A DNA stretch of 49,552 nucleotides from Thermoproteota archaeon (GCA_027492205.1 JAOZFN010000003.1:1-49552); one strand, 5' to 3'. Shown: positions 7,733 to 17,669, numbered from the stretch's first letter. Notes: a model not told the origin generated them from the letters alone. Made by a program: numbers and translations.

Positions 7733-10072
7733 CTACTTTATGTTGTGGAGCCTCCTGAGGTCGTCCTCGAAGGGCTTCAGCTCCTCGGGGATCTCCACGC
7801 TGATCTCATCGCTCAGCCTGAGGCCAGACTCCTTCTTCATCTTCCAGACCATGCTGTTGAACTCCATGAGCCTCTTGCCCAGCGCCTTGTACTCAGTCTC
7901 CCACCTCTCGTCGGGCTCCGGCATGCTCTCCCTGTGGACCGATCCGCCGTAGAGCTCCCTCCAGAGGTAGTCGGTGATGTGCGGCGTCACGGGGGCCAGC
8001 CACCTGAGGACTGCCCTGAGGACCGTGTGGAGAGTCCACCTGGCGGCGTTCACGTCTTCCTGCGGAATTTCCCCGTCTCCGTAGGCTCGAGCCTTCGCTA
8101 GCTCGATGTAGTGCGGGGCGAAGACCTGCCAGACAAACGTCCTGGCCGAGTTGGCCGGGTCAAAGAAGTCGAACTTCTCGTACCCCTCCAGCGCCCTCTT
8201 GAGGTAGTCGTTCATCTCCCCCAAGATCCAGAGGTCCGTGGGCTTGAGCTTGGGCTCCCCCTCGGGCATCGGGAACGCAGAGATGAACCTGGCCACGTTC
8301 CACAGTTTCTGCAGGAACTTGAAGGCCCCGGCTATCTTGGCCTCGGATATCCTGAAGTCGGAGCCGTGGTGGGCCTCTGCGGCGCCGAAGAACCTGACCG
8401 CGTCGGCGCCATACTTCTCGAACATGGGCCAGGGGTAGATTATGTTCCCCAGCGACTTGTGCATCGCCCTCCCGCGCGCGTCGAGCCCCATCCCGCCGAT
8501 CCACACGTGCTTGAACGCGTGCCTCCCGGTGGCCAGGTATACCCTGACCAGCGTGTAGAAGAGCCAGGTCCTCACTATGTCCTTCCCCTGAGGCCTAAGG
8601 TCAGAGGGACCGCCCAGCTTCCTGTAGAGGTCCTCGTTCCACCCGTACCCATTGTAGACTAGGGGGGATATCCCGGAGTCCATCCACGTGTCGAACACCC
8701 TGTCCTCTCCCACGAATCCCTCGGTCGACCCGCAGTGGGGGCACCTGTCGAACGGCGGGTCCTCCTTCCAGGGCTGGTAGTACTTCCCGGTAGGCGGGAC
8801 CACCGGCTTCCCGCAGGACTTGCAGTACCAAACCGGAATCTCTGTGGCGTAGTACCTCCTCCTTGAGATGGGCCAGTCCGTGTCGACCGAGTCTATCCAG
8901 TCGAGCAGGTACTGAACCGACCAGTCGGGGTAGAACCTCATGTCCTCAAGGGCCGCCCGCCTGATCTCCTCGAGGAAGTCCATCTGCTTCAGGTAGTACT
9001 CCTTCATGGGGACTATCTCAATGGGTGTCTTGCACCTCCAGCAGACGGGCGTTCGGTGCTCTATCGTCTCAACCCTCTCGACGTACCCCGCGGCCTTGAG
9101 ATCCTCGATTATGGCCTCCCTCGCCTCTTTAATGGTCATTCCGGCGTATTTCCCCGCGCGCTCGTTGAGTCTCCCGTGCTCGTCCACGATTATGGTCGGC
9201 TCGAGGCGAAGCTCCCTGAACAGCTGAACGTCGGCCTTGTCGCCGTAGGAGCAGACCATGACCAGCCCGGTCCCGAACTCGGGGTCGGCCGCAGGGTGTT
9301 CTAGGACCGGGACTTCCCTGCCGAGCGGGGTCTTCACCTTCTTCCCGCTCAGCCACCAGTACCTCTCGTCGTTGGGATTGTAGATGACGGCCGCGCAGGC
9401 GGGGAGGAGCTCTGGCCTCGTGGTGGCTATCGTGACGGTCTTCCCGTCCTCTGTCTCGAACTTTAGGTAGACGATGACGGACTTCAGGTCCTTGTACTCG
9501 ACCTCCGCGTCGGCTAGGGTGGTCTGACACCTCGGGCAGTAGTTGTTGGGCCTGTAGTCCTCGTACACATACCCCTTGTTCCACGCGTCGATGAAGGTGG
9601 CCTGGGTGACCGCCCTCCACATCTCGCTGTCCGTTCTGAACACGTTGTCGAAGTCGGCGCTGATGCCGAGCCGCTTGCTGATCTTGACGATGTCCATCTC
9701 GCTCTCGTCGAGGAACTGGGCGCAGAGCTTCAGGAACTCCTCCCTGGGGTACTCCCTCATGTGGATTCCGTACCGCTTCTCGGTCTCCACCTCAACCGGC
9801 AGGCCGTTCCTGTCGATCCCCATGGGGAAGTAGACCTCGTAGCCACGCATCCTCAGGGACCTCGCGATCATGTCGATCTGGGAGTAGTGAATCGCCGCGG
9901 CTACGTGCCACTTCCCGCTTGCGTAGGGCGGGGGGGTGTCTATGGAGAACTTGGGCTTCTCCGAGTCGGGGTTGAACGCGTAGAGCTTCTCTCTCTCCCA
10001 AATCTCCTGAATTTCCAGCTCCATATCAGGGAGCCAACGCTTCTTCTCTATCTTGGGGGAGAACTTCGACAT
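7733..10072 (-). CDS. valS: Valine--tRNA ligase
   Basis: FSIDTPPPYASG, ATTRPELL editing domain, DWPISRRRY, FDTWMDS, QGKDIVRTW, MHKSLGN. Confidence 0.95.
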   Translation of the reverse strand: MSKFSPKIEKKRWLPDMELEIQEIWEREKLYAFNPDSEKPKFSIDTPPPYASGKWHVAAAIHYSQIDMIARSLRMRGYEVYFPMGIDRNGLPVEVETEKRYGIHMREYPREEFLKLCAQFLDESEMDIVKISKRLGISADFDNVFRTDSEMWRAVTQATFIDAWNKGYVYEDYRPNNYCPRCQTTLADAEVEYKDLKSVIVYLKFETEDGKTVTIATTRPELLPACAAVIYNPNDERYWWLSGKKVKTPLGREVPVLEHPAADPEFGTGLVMVCSYGDKADVQLFRELRLEPTIIVDEHGRLNERAGKYAGMTIKEAREAIIEDLKAAGYVERVETIEHRTPVCWRCKTPIEIVPMKEYYLKQMDFLEEIRRAALEDMRFYPDWSVQYLLDWIDSVDTDWPISRRRYYATEIPVWYCKSCGKPVVPPTGKYYQPWKEDPPFDRCPHCGSTEGFVGEDRVFDTWMDSGISPLVYNGYGWNEDLYRKLGGPSDLRPQGKDIVRTWLFYTLVRVYLATGRHAFKHVWIGGMGLDARGRAMHKSLGNIIYPWPMFEKYGADAVRFFGAAEAHHGSDFRISEAKIAGAFKFLQKLWNVARFISAFPMPEGEPKLKPTDLWILGEMNDYLKRALEGYEKFDFFDPANSARTFVWQVFAPHYIELAKARAYGDGEIPQEDVNAARWTLHTVLRAVLRWLAPVTPHITDYLWRELYGGSVHRESMPEPDERWETEYKALGKRLMEFNSMVWKMKKESGLRLSDEISVEIPEELKPFEDDLRRLHNIK

Positions 10073-10090
10073 GGGCTCACCCCTGCGGCC

Positions 10091-11041
10091 TCATCCCTCC
10101 TCCAGGCGCGTCCTGTACTCGCGGTATAGGTCGGGGTGGGACCTCATTAAAAAGACGCGGAGCCTGCCGATCGCCATCCGCCGGGTAGGAGCGCCCTCGG
10201 CACCAAACGCCTCGTATATGAAGCTGGCTACGCTAGAGGCAAATAAAGCCGACCAGACGGGGTCCCCCGTCCTCATGAACTCGGAGACGAAGGCTGCAGC
10301 CGACACGTCCCCCGCGCCCCCGGGGTCCACGATCTTCTCGGGGGGCACCACCGGGATCCTAAAGACCCTCCCGTCGAACGCGAGCAGGGCCGACTCCGCC
10401 CCACCCTCCCGGGTCATAAAGGCTATCTTAGCGCCAGATTCTAGGAGAGACTTCAGCTTGCCCTCATCGCCCCTTCCAGTGGCGAGGTAAGGGAGTTCCG
10501 GCTTGCTCGTGATTATTATGTCCGCGGCCCCCTCGAGGCCCTTGGACGGGTTCCACCGGGCGAAGCGGATCCACCCACCTCTTATCCTCCTCCGGACGTA
10601 CCCCTGAGGGTCCACTGCCAGGAGCCTGCACCTCCTCCCTACCTCGAGGAGCGTCTCCTTCGGGATCTCTCGGTATATGGGAGATACGAGGGCTGCCTCG
10701 CAAGACACCCCCAGCCTCTCAACTTCCTCCCGCGCTATGGCCTCCCCAGCGCGCCTCAGCCGGAGGGTCCTATCCTCCCCCCTGTAGAAGAGCTCGTACG
10801 AAGAGGTCGATCCCGACCTGATGAGGCCAGATAGATCAACCTTCGCTTCTAGGAGGGGCTTTAGGTCTCTTTCTGGCTTAACCTCAGGGCCGCACTTCGC
10901 CAACACGCCTGACCTCACGCCAAGTCTGGATGCGGCAAGGGCTGCGTAGAACGAGCTCCCCGCAACCCTCTCCGCGAACCCCGCCTCGGTGTGTATCAGG
11001 TCTATGGATATGTTCCCCACGGCCAGGAAGGTCACCCTCAT
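10091..11041 (-). CDS. PfkB/ribokinase family carbohydrate kinase
   Basis: GNISID, N-terminal AGSS motif, C-terminal VDPGGAGD anion hole. Confidence 0.85.
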   Translation of the reverse strand: MRVTFLAVGNISIDLIHTEAGFAERVAGSSFYAALAASRLGVRSGVLAKCGPEVKPERDLKPLLEAKVDLSGLIRSGSTSSYELFYRGEDRTLRLRRAGEAIAREEVERLGVSCEAALVSPIYREIPKETLLEVGRRCRLLAVDPQGYVRRRIRGGWIRFARWNPSKGLEGAADIIITSKPELPYLATGRGDEGKLKSLLESGAKIAFMTREGGAESALLAFDGRVFRIPVVPPEKIVDPGGAGDVSAAAFVSEFMRTGDPVWSALFASSVASFIYEAFGAEGAPTRRMAIGRLRVFLMRSHPDLYREYRTRLEEG

Positions 11042-11071
11042 GCCCCGACGCCAGGGCTTCAGGTCCGGTCG

Positions 11072-11650
11072 CTATAAGGTTCGCCGCGCGAGTCCGACCA
11101 CGGATTTCCCTATGAGGTCCGCCAGCCTCAGGGGCTCGGGGACCTTGGACTCGATCTGCCACCTAGTGACGACCTCCCAGAGCTCACTCCGATCTAGCCC
11201 GACGCTGGCGCAGTATATCTCCCCGCGGGGGGTGGCGAGCGGCGCGTATGGGGGGTTCTTCTCGAGCACCCGAAGGTTCTCGCTCAAACCGTGAGATATC
11301 ATGGCCCTCCTGACTAGGCTCCACCGGGGCGGCCTCTCCAGCACGGCCACGACGGGCGCGCCGGTCCTCTCCCAGATCTCCCTGAGGTTGAGGGGGTTGA
11401 AACCGGCGACCACCGTGCCGTGGGTGAATACCACCCGTGCCTCCTTCCCTACTTCTTCATGCATCGAGGCGACCGCCTGAGTCGCGTCGGACCCGTCCAC
11501 CTTGACGTCGGTCGTGAGCACCTTCTCGACGACGCCTCCACGCATGAGGACCCCGATGAGCCAGGTCCTCTCGTCCTGGCCCCTCACGAAGGGACAGTCG
11601 TCCACTCCCAGGGCCCGCGCTCCCGCCTTCAACGCGCCCATCCGAAGCAT
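11072..11650 (-). CDS. DUF99 family protein (endonuclease V-like fold)
   Basis: LGVDD, VDGSDAT, AGFN, PEPLRLADLI motifs. Confidence 0.8.
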   Translation of the reverse strand: MLRMGALKAGARALGVDDCPFVRGQDERTWLIGVLMRGGVVEKVLTTDVKVDGSDATQAVASMHEEVGKEARVVFTHGTVVAGFNPLNLREIWERTGAPVVAVLERPPRWSLVRRAMISHGLSENLRVLEKNPPYAPLATPRGEIYCASVGLDRSELWEVVTRWQIESKVPEPLRLADLIGKSVVGLARRTL

Positions 11651-11684
11651 GATTTATCTAAACATCGGCCTCCCCCCGCCTGAC

Positions 11685-12464
11685 ATGAGGGCACCCAAAC
11701 TCGGCCCGGTGGAATCGAGGCTGGCCGAGGCCGCCGCGGAGAGGGCTCTGTTGGCCGTGCTCATCGATCCCTTCAACGTCGAGCCGAACGAGGCGGGTCG
11801 CGTGGCTGCGGAGGCCGAGGCCGCCGGAGCCGACCTGATACTGATCGGCGGGTCCGTCGGCGCCGGTCTCAAGCTTCACCCCGTCGTCCGAGCCGTCAAG
11901 GAGGCCGTCTCCATACCGGTCATACTCTTTCCAGGGAACGTGGACGGCGTGTCCCCGGAGGCGGACGCCCTCCTCTTCATGTCCCTCCTGAACTCCAGCA
12001 GCACCTATTGGATAGTTGAGGCGCAGGCCCTCGCGGCCCCCGGGATCAAGGCCATGGGGCTCGAGGCCATCCCCACGGCCTACCTGATAGTGGAGCCCGG
12101 CGGGTCGAGCGCGGCGGGGTGGGTCGGGAGAGCCAGGCAGATACCCAGGGCCAAGCCGGAACTCGCGGTGGCCTACTCCTTGGCCGCGGAGTTGATGGGG
12201 ATGAGGTGGGTCTACCTCGAGGCGGGGAGCGGGGCAGCCCAGCCGGTCCCCGTCGAGATGGTCACCGCCGTGAGGAGGCACACGGGCCTGGGTGTCATAG
12301 TGGGGGGCGGGATCAGGTCGCCCGACCTCGCCCGGGAGAGGGCCGCGGCCGGGGCCGACGTCATAGTGGTGGGCACGTACGTCGAGTCTGGAGAGACCGC
12401 GGAGAAGGTTTCCAGCCTCTCAGAGGCCGTCAAGGAGGGATCCCGGCTCAGAAACAGTTTTTAA
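11685..12464 (+). CDS. Geranylgeranylglyceryl phosphate synthase
   Basis: LIDP, IGGS, LFPG, FMSLLNS, YLEAGSG, VGGGIR, IVVGT; start adjusted to ATG 11685. Confidence 0.93.
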   Translation: MRAPKLGPVESRLAEAAAERALLAVLIDPFNVEPNEAGRVAAEAEAAGADLILIGGSVGAGLKLHPVVRAVKEAVSIPVILFPGNVDGVSPEADALLFMSLLNSSSTYWIVEAQALAAPGIKAMGLEAIPTAYLIVEPGGSSAAGWVGRARQIPRAKPELAVAYSLAAELMGMRWVYLEAGSGAAQPVPVEMVTAVRRHTGLGVIVGGGIRSPDLARERAAAGADVIVVGTYVESGETAEKVSSLSEAVKEGSRLRNSF

Positions 12465-12489
12465 ACCCGGACGCCCCCGTGCGGGGCGG

Positions 12490-12567
12490 AGCCCCGTGGT
12501 GTAGCCAGGTCAAGCACGCCGGGCTTTGGACCCGGAGACCCCGGTTCGAATCCGGGCGGGGCTACCA
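12490..12567 (+). tRNA. tRNA-Gln(TTG), CCA encoded
   Basis: A1-U72 acceptor stem AGCCCCG/CGGGGCT, anticodon TTG at 12526-12528, GGTTCGAATCC. Confidence 0.95.
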
Positions 12568-12636
12568 GTCAGTCCAATCCAGCCGGGCCGGCGGTCAAGC
12601 CCGACCACCGGTCCAATCCACGCGCGGGCGATAAGC

Positions 12637-13155
12637 GTGCACCTCAAGTTCGTCGCGGACGCGATGGTCGCCCACCTCGCTCGGTGGCTCAGGGTCATGG
12701 GGTACGACGTGCTGGATCACACCCAGTGCGGCGAGGACGACGCCGAGATACTCGAGTGCGCGCGCTCCACGGGTAGGGTCATCATCACGAGGGACGAGGA
12801 CCTCCACGCCAGGGCGGTCAGGGTGGGCTTAAGATCGCTGCTCCTGCGATCTGGGGAGGTCGAGCAGGCGTTGGCCTGGATCGCCCACGAGACGGGGATA
12901 GACCTGTCCATCGACCTGTCGCGGACCAGGTGCCCCCTCTGCAACTCTCCCCTCGTCAGGGTTCCCTCGGTCGAGGCGCACGGGGCCCCAGACTACGTTC
13001 GAGAGAGGTACAGTGACGTGTACGTCTGCGAGAGCTGCGGAAAGATCTACTGGCCGGGGTCACACTTCACACGCATGCAGGCGACCCTCGCCAGGGCTAG
13101 GGAGGCCCTCAAGAAACTTAAGAGCGGCGAGAGCCGAGGAGGAACGGGCCGATGA
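12637..13155 (+). CDS. Mut7-C RNase (PIN-like) domain protein with zinc ribbon
   Basis: FVADAMVAHLARWLRVMGYD, IITRD, RCPLCN...CESCGKIYWPGSH; start adjusted to GTG 12637. Confidence 0.9.
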   Translation: MHLKFVADAMVAHLARWLRVMGYDVLDHTQCGEDDAEILECARSTGRVIITRDEDLHARAVRVGLRSLLLRSGEVEQALAWIAHETGIDLSIDLSRTRCPLCNSPLVRVPSVEAHGAPDYVRERYSDVYVCESCGKIYWPGSHFTRMQATLARAREALKKLKSGESRGGTGR

Positions 13156-13206
13156 TGACTGGTGACGGCCGGGATAGGTGACCTCACTGACCTACCCTGA
13201 GGCCCG
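13145..13206 (+). ncRNA. Box C/D methylation-guide sRNA, predicted target 16S rRNA helix 34
   Basis: Terminal stem CGGGCC/GGCCCG, C box ATGATGA 13152-13158, D box CTGA 13197-13200, degenerate D'/C' (GGGA/AGGTGA); both guides complementary to conserved archaeal 16S sequences. Confidence 0.8.
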
Positions 13207-13211
13207 GGAGT

Positions 13212-14642
13212 TCACCCCTCGATCCACCAGACGGTCTCCTCTCCGCGATCCTCCAACCTGATGCCGAGCTCCCCCAGGCGAGACCTTATCGTGTCCGCAA
13301 GATCCCAGACCTTCCTGCGCCTCAGCTCCGAGCGGACCTGAACGAGAAGGTTGACGACCCTCTCAAGCTCGGCGGACGAGCCCCCGGAGGTGACCTCGAA
13401 CCCGAGAACCCCCATGAGGTCCCTCAGCGCGGCTACAGCCTCGGCCGCCACGTTGGGCGCCAGGGACTCCGAGGTCACCTTAGAGGCGGCGGCGCTTATG
13501 GCGTCAAGGGCCGCGAGGGCCTTGGGCGTGTCGAAGTCGTCGCTCATGGCCTCAAAAAATGCCGCTCGAGCCGAGAGGATCCTATCCCTGAGCTCGAGGT
13601 CCCCAGAGGACAGGCTGTGCGACGGGCCGCTCTCCCTGAGGTAGGCCTCCGCCCTCATTAGGGCCGACCGCCAAGACTCCAACCTGCTCCCCGCAGCCCT
13701 GACGGCCTCCGGAGAGAATTCTAGGGGCGACCTGTAGTGTGCCGACAGGAGGAACGCCCTCAGGGCCTCGGCCCCGAACTCCTCCACAGCGCCCTTCACC
13801 GCGAAGTAGTTCTTCAGGGACTTCGCCATCTTCTCCCCCTTCACGGTGACCAGGCCCACGTGCATCCAGTACCTGACGAAGGGAGACCTGCCGGTGTAGG
13901 CCTCCATCTGGGCGATCTCGTTCTCGTGATGCGGGAAAACCAGGTCCTGGCCCCCGCCGTGGACGTCAATCTGCGGTCCTAGGAGCCTGAGGATCATCGC
14001 GCTGCACTCGATGTGCCACCCCGGCCTGCCTGGACCCCAGGGACTCGGCCAGCTGGGCTCTCCCGGGGCGGCAGCCTTCCAAAGGGCGAAGTCTTCGGGG
14101 GACCTCTTTCCCTCGCCCGGCTCGACCCTGGCGCCGGCGACCAGGTCCTCGATCCTGACCTTCGAGAGCTTCCCGTACTCGGGGAACGTTGAAACGTCGA
14201 AGTAGACGTCACCCCTCTCCGTCGCGTAGGCGTGCCCCCTCTCGATGAGGCCCTCCACGACGCGGATCATATCGTCGATGTAGTCTGTTGCCCTGGGGAC
14301 CACGGTGGGTAGGGAGACCCCGAGCATCGACATGGCCTCGAAGTACTCCCTCTCGTACCTCTCCGCCACCTCTCGGAAGGAGACGCCCTCCTCGTTGGCC
14401 CTCTTAATGATCTTGTCGTCTATGTCGGTTACGTTCGTCACGAGGGAGACCCTGTACCCGAGCCTCTCCATGTACCTCCTTACGACATCGAAGAACACGG
14501 CGGGCCGCGCGTGCCCGATGTGCGCCACGTCGTAGACGGTCGGCCCGCACACGTACATCCGGACATTAGGTGGATCGAGCGGGCTGAACTCCTCCTTAAT
14601 CCCACGGAGAGTGTCGCTCAGCCTGAGCGCCGGCAAGTACAT
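13212..14642 (-). CDS. cysS: Cysteine--tRNA ligase
   Basis: YVCGPTVY, HIGH, DFALWK, GRPGWHIECS, HHENE, KMAKS. Confidence 0.96.
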   Translation of the reverse strand: MYLPALRLSDTLRGIKEEFSPLDPPNVRMYVCGPTVYDVAHIGHARPAVFFDVVRRYMERLGYRVSLVTNVTDIDDKIIKRANEEGVSFREVAERYEREYFEAMSMLGVSLPTVVPRATDYIDDMIRVVEGLIERGHAYATERGDVYFDVSTFPEYGKLSKVRIEDLVAGARVEPGEGKRSPEDFALWKAAAPGEPSWPSPWGPGRPGWHIECSAMILRLLGPQIDVHGGGQDLVFPHHENEIAQMEAYTGRSPFVRYWMHVGLVTVKGEKMAKSLKNYFAVKGAVEEFGAEALRAFLLSAHYRSPLEFSPEAVRAAGSRLESWRSALMRAEAYLRESGPSHSLSSGDLELRDRILSARAAFFEAMSDDFDTPKALAALDAISAAASKVTSESLAPNVAAEAVAALRDLMGVLGFEVTSGGSSAELERVVNLLVQVRSELRRRKVWDLADTIRSRLGELGIRLEDRGEETVWWIEG

Positions 14643-14703
14643 CTCAGCGGCCCGTCGATGTTGGGATTAAAACCTGATTGGGCGCCGGTCGGCGGGAGCC
14701 GAG

Positions 14704-15846
14704 TTGCAAGAGGACAGGGTTAGGGCGGTTCTGGAGAACGTTGCTGAGCCGGTTGAGGAGTTTGTGATGACCATGGACGAGCTGACGGAGATCGCGAAGA
14801 AGCCTCGGCCGACCACTTACATCGGATACGAGCCCTCTGGCCCGATCCACGTGGGGGTCCTCTTCACCATACAGAAGCTCGCGAAGCTGGCGAGCTTGGG
14901 ATTCCACTCCATCGCGCTGATGGCCGACCTCCACGGCTTCCTGAACGGGAAGGGTTCCCTGGAGATCCTGAAGGAGGTCTCTCTTACCTACTGGAGGGAG
15001 GTCTTCACCACCCTCGGGTCTCCCGACATAGACATCGTGCTTGGAAGTGAGTACCAGCTCACGGCGGACTACGAGCTGGACATGCTCACGCTCTCCCAGA
15101 GGGTGACTGCAAGGAGGGCGTGGAGGGCTATGTCCATGATCGCCAGGGAGACGGAGCACCCCACCGTGGGTCAGCACATCTACCCGATCATGCAGGCCCT
15201 AGACATAATCTACCTGGGCTGCGACCTGGCCATGGGGGGCACAGACCAGAGGAGGATACACGCCCTAGCGAGGGAGCTCTTCGGGTCTAAGATAGAGCTG
15301 AGGCACGAGAAGTGGGTTCCCGTCGCCGCGCACTACCCGCTGGTGCCGGGCCTCCTGCCGGGCGGGAAGATGAGCAGCTCCATCCCGAAGTCTCACATTG
15401 CGGTCCACGACCCTCCAGAGGTCATCAGGAGGAAGATGAGGGCGGCGTTCTGCCCTCCCCCCGGAGACGAGCAGTACGACGAGGAGGGCAAGCTTGTCAA
15501 CCCTATACTGGCCATGTTCAAGATGGTGATCCTCCCTAGGGAGGGCAGGATCACTCTCCCGAGGGCCAGGGCGGCGGGGGGCGGGGAGGTCGAGGTCTCC
15601 GAATGGGGTCAGCTCTTCGACCTCTACCAGAGGGGGGAGCTGCACCCGCTCGACCTGAAGAACTTCGCCGCTGAGTACTTCATCGAGAGGTTCCGCCCGG
15701 TGAGGGATAAGTTCGAGTCAGATCCCTCCCTGATCGAGCCCCTTTACAGGCTCCAGCGTTGGCAGTGGGAGCACGGGCTCTTGGGTGATGCCGAATGGGA
15801 AGAGGTGAGGAGATCCCTCTCCCCGTACTTGGGAGAGATCTCGTGA
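14704..15846 (+). CDS. tyrS: Tyrosine--tRNA ligase (archaeal type)
   Basis: YIGYEPSGPIHVG, ADLHG, YPIMQALD, GGTDQRRIH, KMSSS, LHPLDLK. Confidence 0.93.
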   Translation: MQEDRVRAVLENVAEPVEEFVMTMDELTEIAKKPRPTTYIGYEPSGPIHVGVLFTIQKLAKLASLGFHSIALMADLHGFLNGKGSLEILKEVSLTYWREVFTTLGSPDIDIVLGSEYQLTADYELDMLTLSQRVTARRAWRAMSMIARETEHPTVGQHIYPIMQALDIIYLGCDLAMGGTDQRRIHALARELFGSKIELRHEKWVPVAAHYPLVPGLLPGGKMSSSIPKSHIAVHDPPEVIRRKMRAAFCPPPGDEQYDEEGKLVNPILAMFKMVILPREGRITLPRARAAGGGEVEVSEWGQLFDLYQRGELHPLDLKNFAAEYFIERFRPVRDKFESDPSLIEPLYRLQRWQWEHGLLGDAEWEEVRRSLSPYLGEIS

Positions 15847-17324
15847 TAGAGTCTCCGGACGAATTGTTCGTGCTCGAGGAGAACGCCGAGTGGCTGGGAG
15901 TCACCCGCCTGCTCATGATGGAGAACGCCGCCGGGGCCGTGGTCAGGGCCGTGGAGGAGGTCCTGGGCGGCACGCTGAGGGACAGGAGGGTGTTCGTGTT
16001 CTGTGGGAGGGGGAACAACGGCGGCGACGGAATAACGGCGGCCAGGAGGATGGCCGCGCTCGGCGCCAGGGTCACGGTTATACTCGCGGGCGATCCTTCA
16101 GCAAGAGAGGCCTCCTACAACTTCGGGGTCATTAAGAGGGGAGTCTCCGTTGAGATCCGCCGCTATCCCGACCTCCCCGATGGGGAGCCCGACGCGGTGG
16201 TTGACGCCCTGCTGGGCACCGGCGTGAGGGGAGCGCCCAGGGGGGTCGTTGCCCAGGCAATCGAGGTCATCAACTCTCTGGGGGCCAAAGGGATCCCCGT
16301 CATTGCCGTCGACGCGCCCTCCGGCCTGAACCCGTTTACCGGCGAGGCCCCTGGCGCAGTCGTCAAGGCCAGCGTGACGGTCACGTTCCACGCCAGAAAG
16401 CCCGGGCTCAGGTCCGACCTCTGCGGGAGGGTGATCGTCGCCGAGGCGGGCGCGCCCGCGGAGTCGCTCCTCTACTGCGGCCCGGGAGACGTGAAGGTAA
16501 TCCTAAAGCCGAAGAGACCTCCTTGGTCCCACAAGGGGGACTTCGGCAGGGTTCTAGTGGTCGGCGGATCCTCGCGGTACACGGGGGCCCCGGCCATGGC
16601 CGCGATGGCCGCCCTGAAGGCCGGCGCCGATCTGGTGTCCATCGCCGCCCCCCGCTGGGTTTCCGCGACGATAAAGCCAATCTCGCCCAACCTCATCGTC
16701 CTCCCCTTGGAGAGTCAGGATCGGCTAGGGTCCGACGACGTGGACCTCGTGATCAGGGAGGCAGAAGGCGCCGACGCGGTCCTGCTCGGTCCGGGCCTTG
16801 GGGCAGATTCTGAGACCATCAGGTCGGCCGGAGAAATCTTGGGGAGGCTGAGGGATCTTGGAAAGCCGACGGTCGTCGACGCCGACGGGCTGAAGGCCGT
16901 CCCTCAGGACGGGGGGTGGCCCGGGCTGGTGATAACGCCACACGCAGGCGAGTTCCGGAGGATATTCGGCGAGGCTCCGGGCCCCGAACTCGGAGAGAGG
17001 GTGGGCTCCTGCCTACGCGCGGCCCGCGAACTAGGGGGAACGATTCTACTGAAGGGCCACGTCGATGTGATATGCTCTGGTGAAAGGGTGAGACTAAACG
17101 TCACGGGAAATCCCGCCATGACGGTAGGCGGGACGGGTGACGTCCTATCAGGCGTGACCGCCGCATTCCTGGCCATGTCGGGGAATCCGTTCAGGGCCGC
17201 CTCTGCCTCAGCGTTCTTGGTTGGACTGGCCGGAGACCTGGCGTTCGAGAGCCTCTCGTACTCGCTGACCGCCCAGGACGTCCTGGAGCACATACCGACG
17301 GCCCTCAAGAGGATAGGCTACTGA
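15843..17324 (+). CDS. nnr: Bifunctional NAD(P)H-hydrate epimerase/dehydratase (YjeF)
   Basis: LMMENA, GNNGGDG, DALLGTG, HKGDFG, GPGLG, DADGL, TPHAGEF, GGTGDVL; start adjusted to GTG 15843. Confidence 0.94.
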   Translation: MIESPDELFVLEENAEWLGVTRLLMMENAAGAVVRAVEEVLGGTLRDRRVFVFCGRGNNGGDGITAARRMAALGARVTVILAGDPSAREASYNFGVIKRGVSVEIRRYPDLPDGEPDAVVDALLGTGVRGAPRGVVAQAIEVINSLGAKGIPVIAVDAPSGLNPFTGEAPGAVVKASVTVTFHARKPGLRSDLCGRVIVAEAGAPAESLLYCGPGDVKVILKPKRPPWSHKGDFGRVLVVGGSSRYTGAPAMAAMAALKAGADLVSIAAPRWVSATIKPISPNLIVLPLESQDRLGSDDVDLVIREAEGADAVLLGPGLGADSETIRSAGEILGRLRDLGKPTVVDADGLKAVPQDGGWPGLVITPHAGEFRRIFGEAPGPELGERVGSCLRAARELGGTILLKGHVDVICSGERVRLNVTGNPAMTVGGTGDVLSGVTAAFLAMSGNPFRAASASAFLVGLAGDLAFESLSYSLTAQDVLEHIPTALKRIGY

Positions 17325-17436
17325 CGAGGGGCATAAGCCGAGACCGACGAGTGGAGGGCCCCGTCTGACCCGGTCCTTCGCTGGCCGGAAGGATCCCCAG
17401 AGAAAGTAATAAGGACCGGCGAGGGGAGTCCGCTCA

Positions 17437-17500
17437 GGGGACTATGAGCGATAGCTCCACAGCCTGATCTTGTGACGAGACTCTCCGCTACCGAGTCCCC
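17437..17500 (+). ncRNA. Candidate box C/D-like (K-turn) sRNA with its own promoter
   Basis: Terminal stem GGGGAC/GTCCCC, degenerate C box ATGAGCG, D' CTGA 17464-17467, C' GTGACGA 17472-17478, D CCGA 17491-17494; BRE/TATA-like AGAAAGTAATAA at 17401-17412. Confidence 0.5.
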
Positions 17501-17669
17501 CTCAACGACCTTAACCTTCTTGAGCTCAAATCCGGATCACAAAAGTCGCAATCCAAAAAAGTGAGGAGAGGCAAGATAGGGCAAGGAAGAAAGCGCGTTC
17601 TGGCCTCTCAGACACCTGCTCAGCCCCTACAAGCCGTTCTGAGGGGTCTTTCCCTGTCTGGTAGAACCT

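Noticed and set aside
12572-12620. 10-bp direct repeat GTCCAATCCA after tRNA-Gln as an att site or target-site duplication
   Set aside because: It does not duplicate the tRNA 3' end, encloses only 29 bp, and no integrase is nearby.
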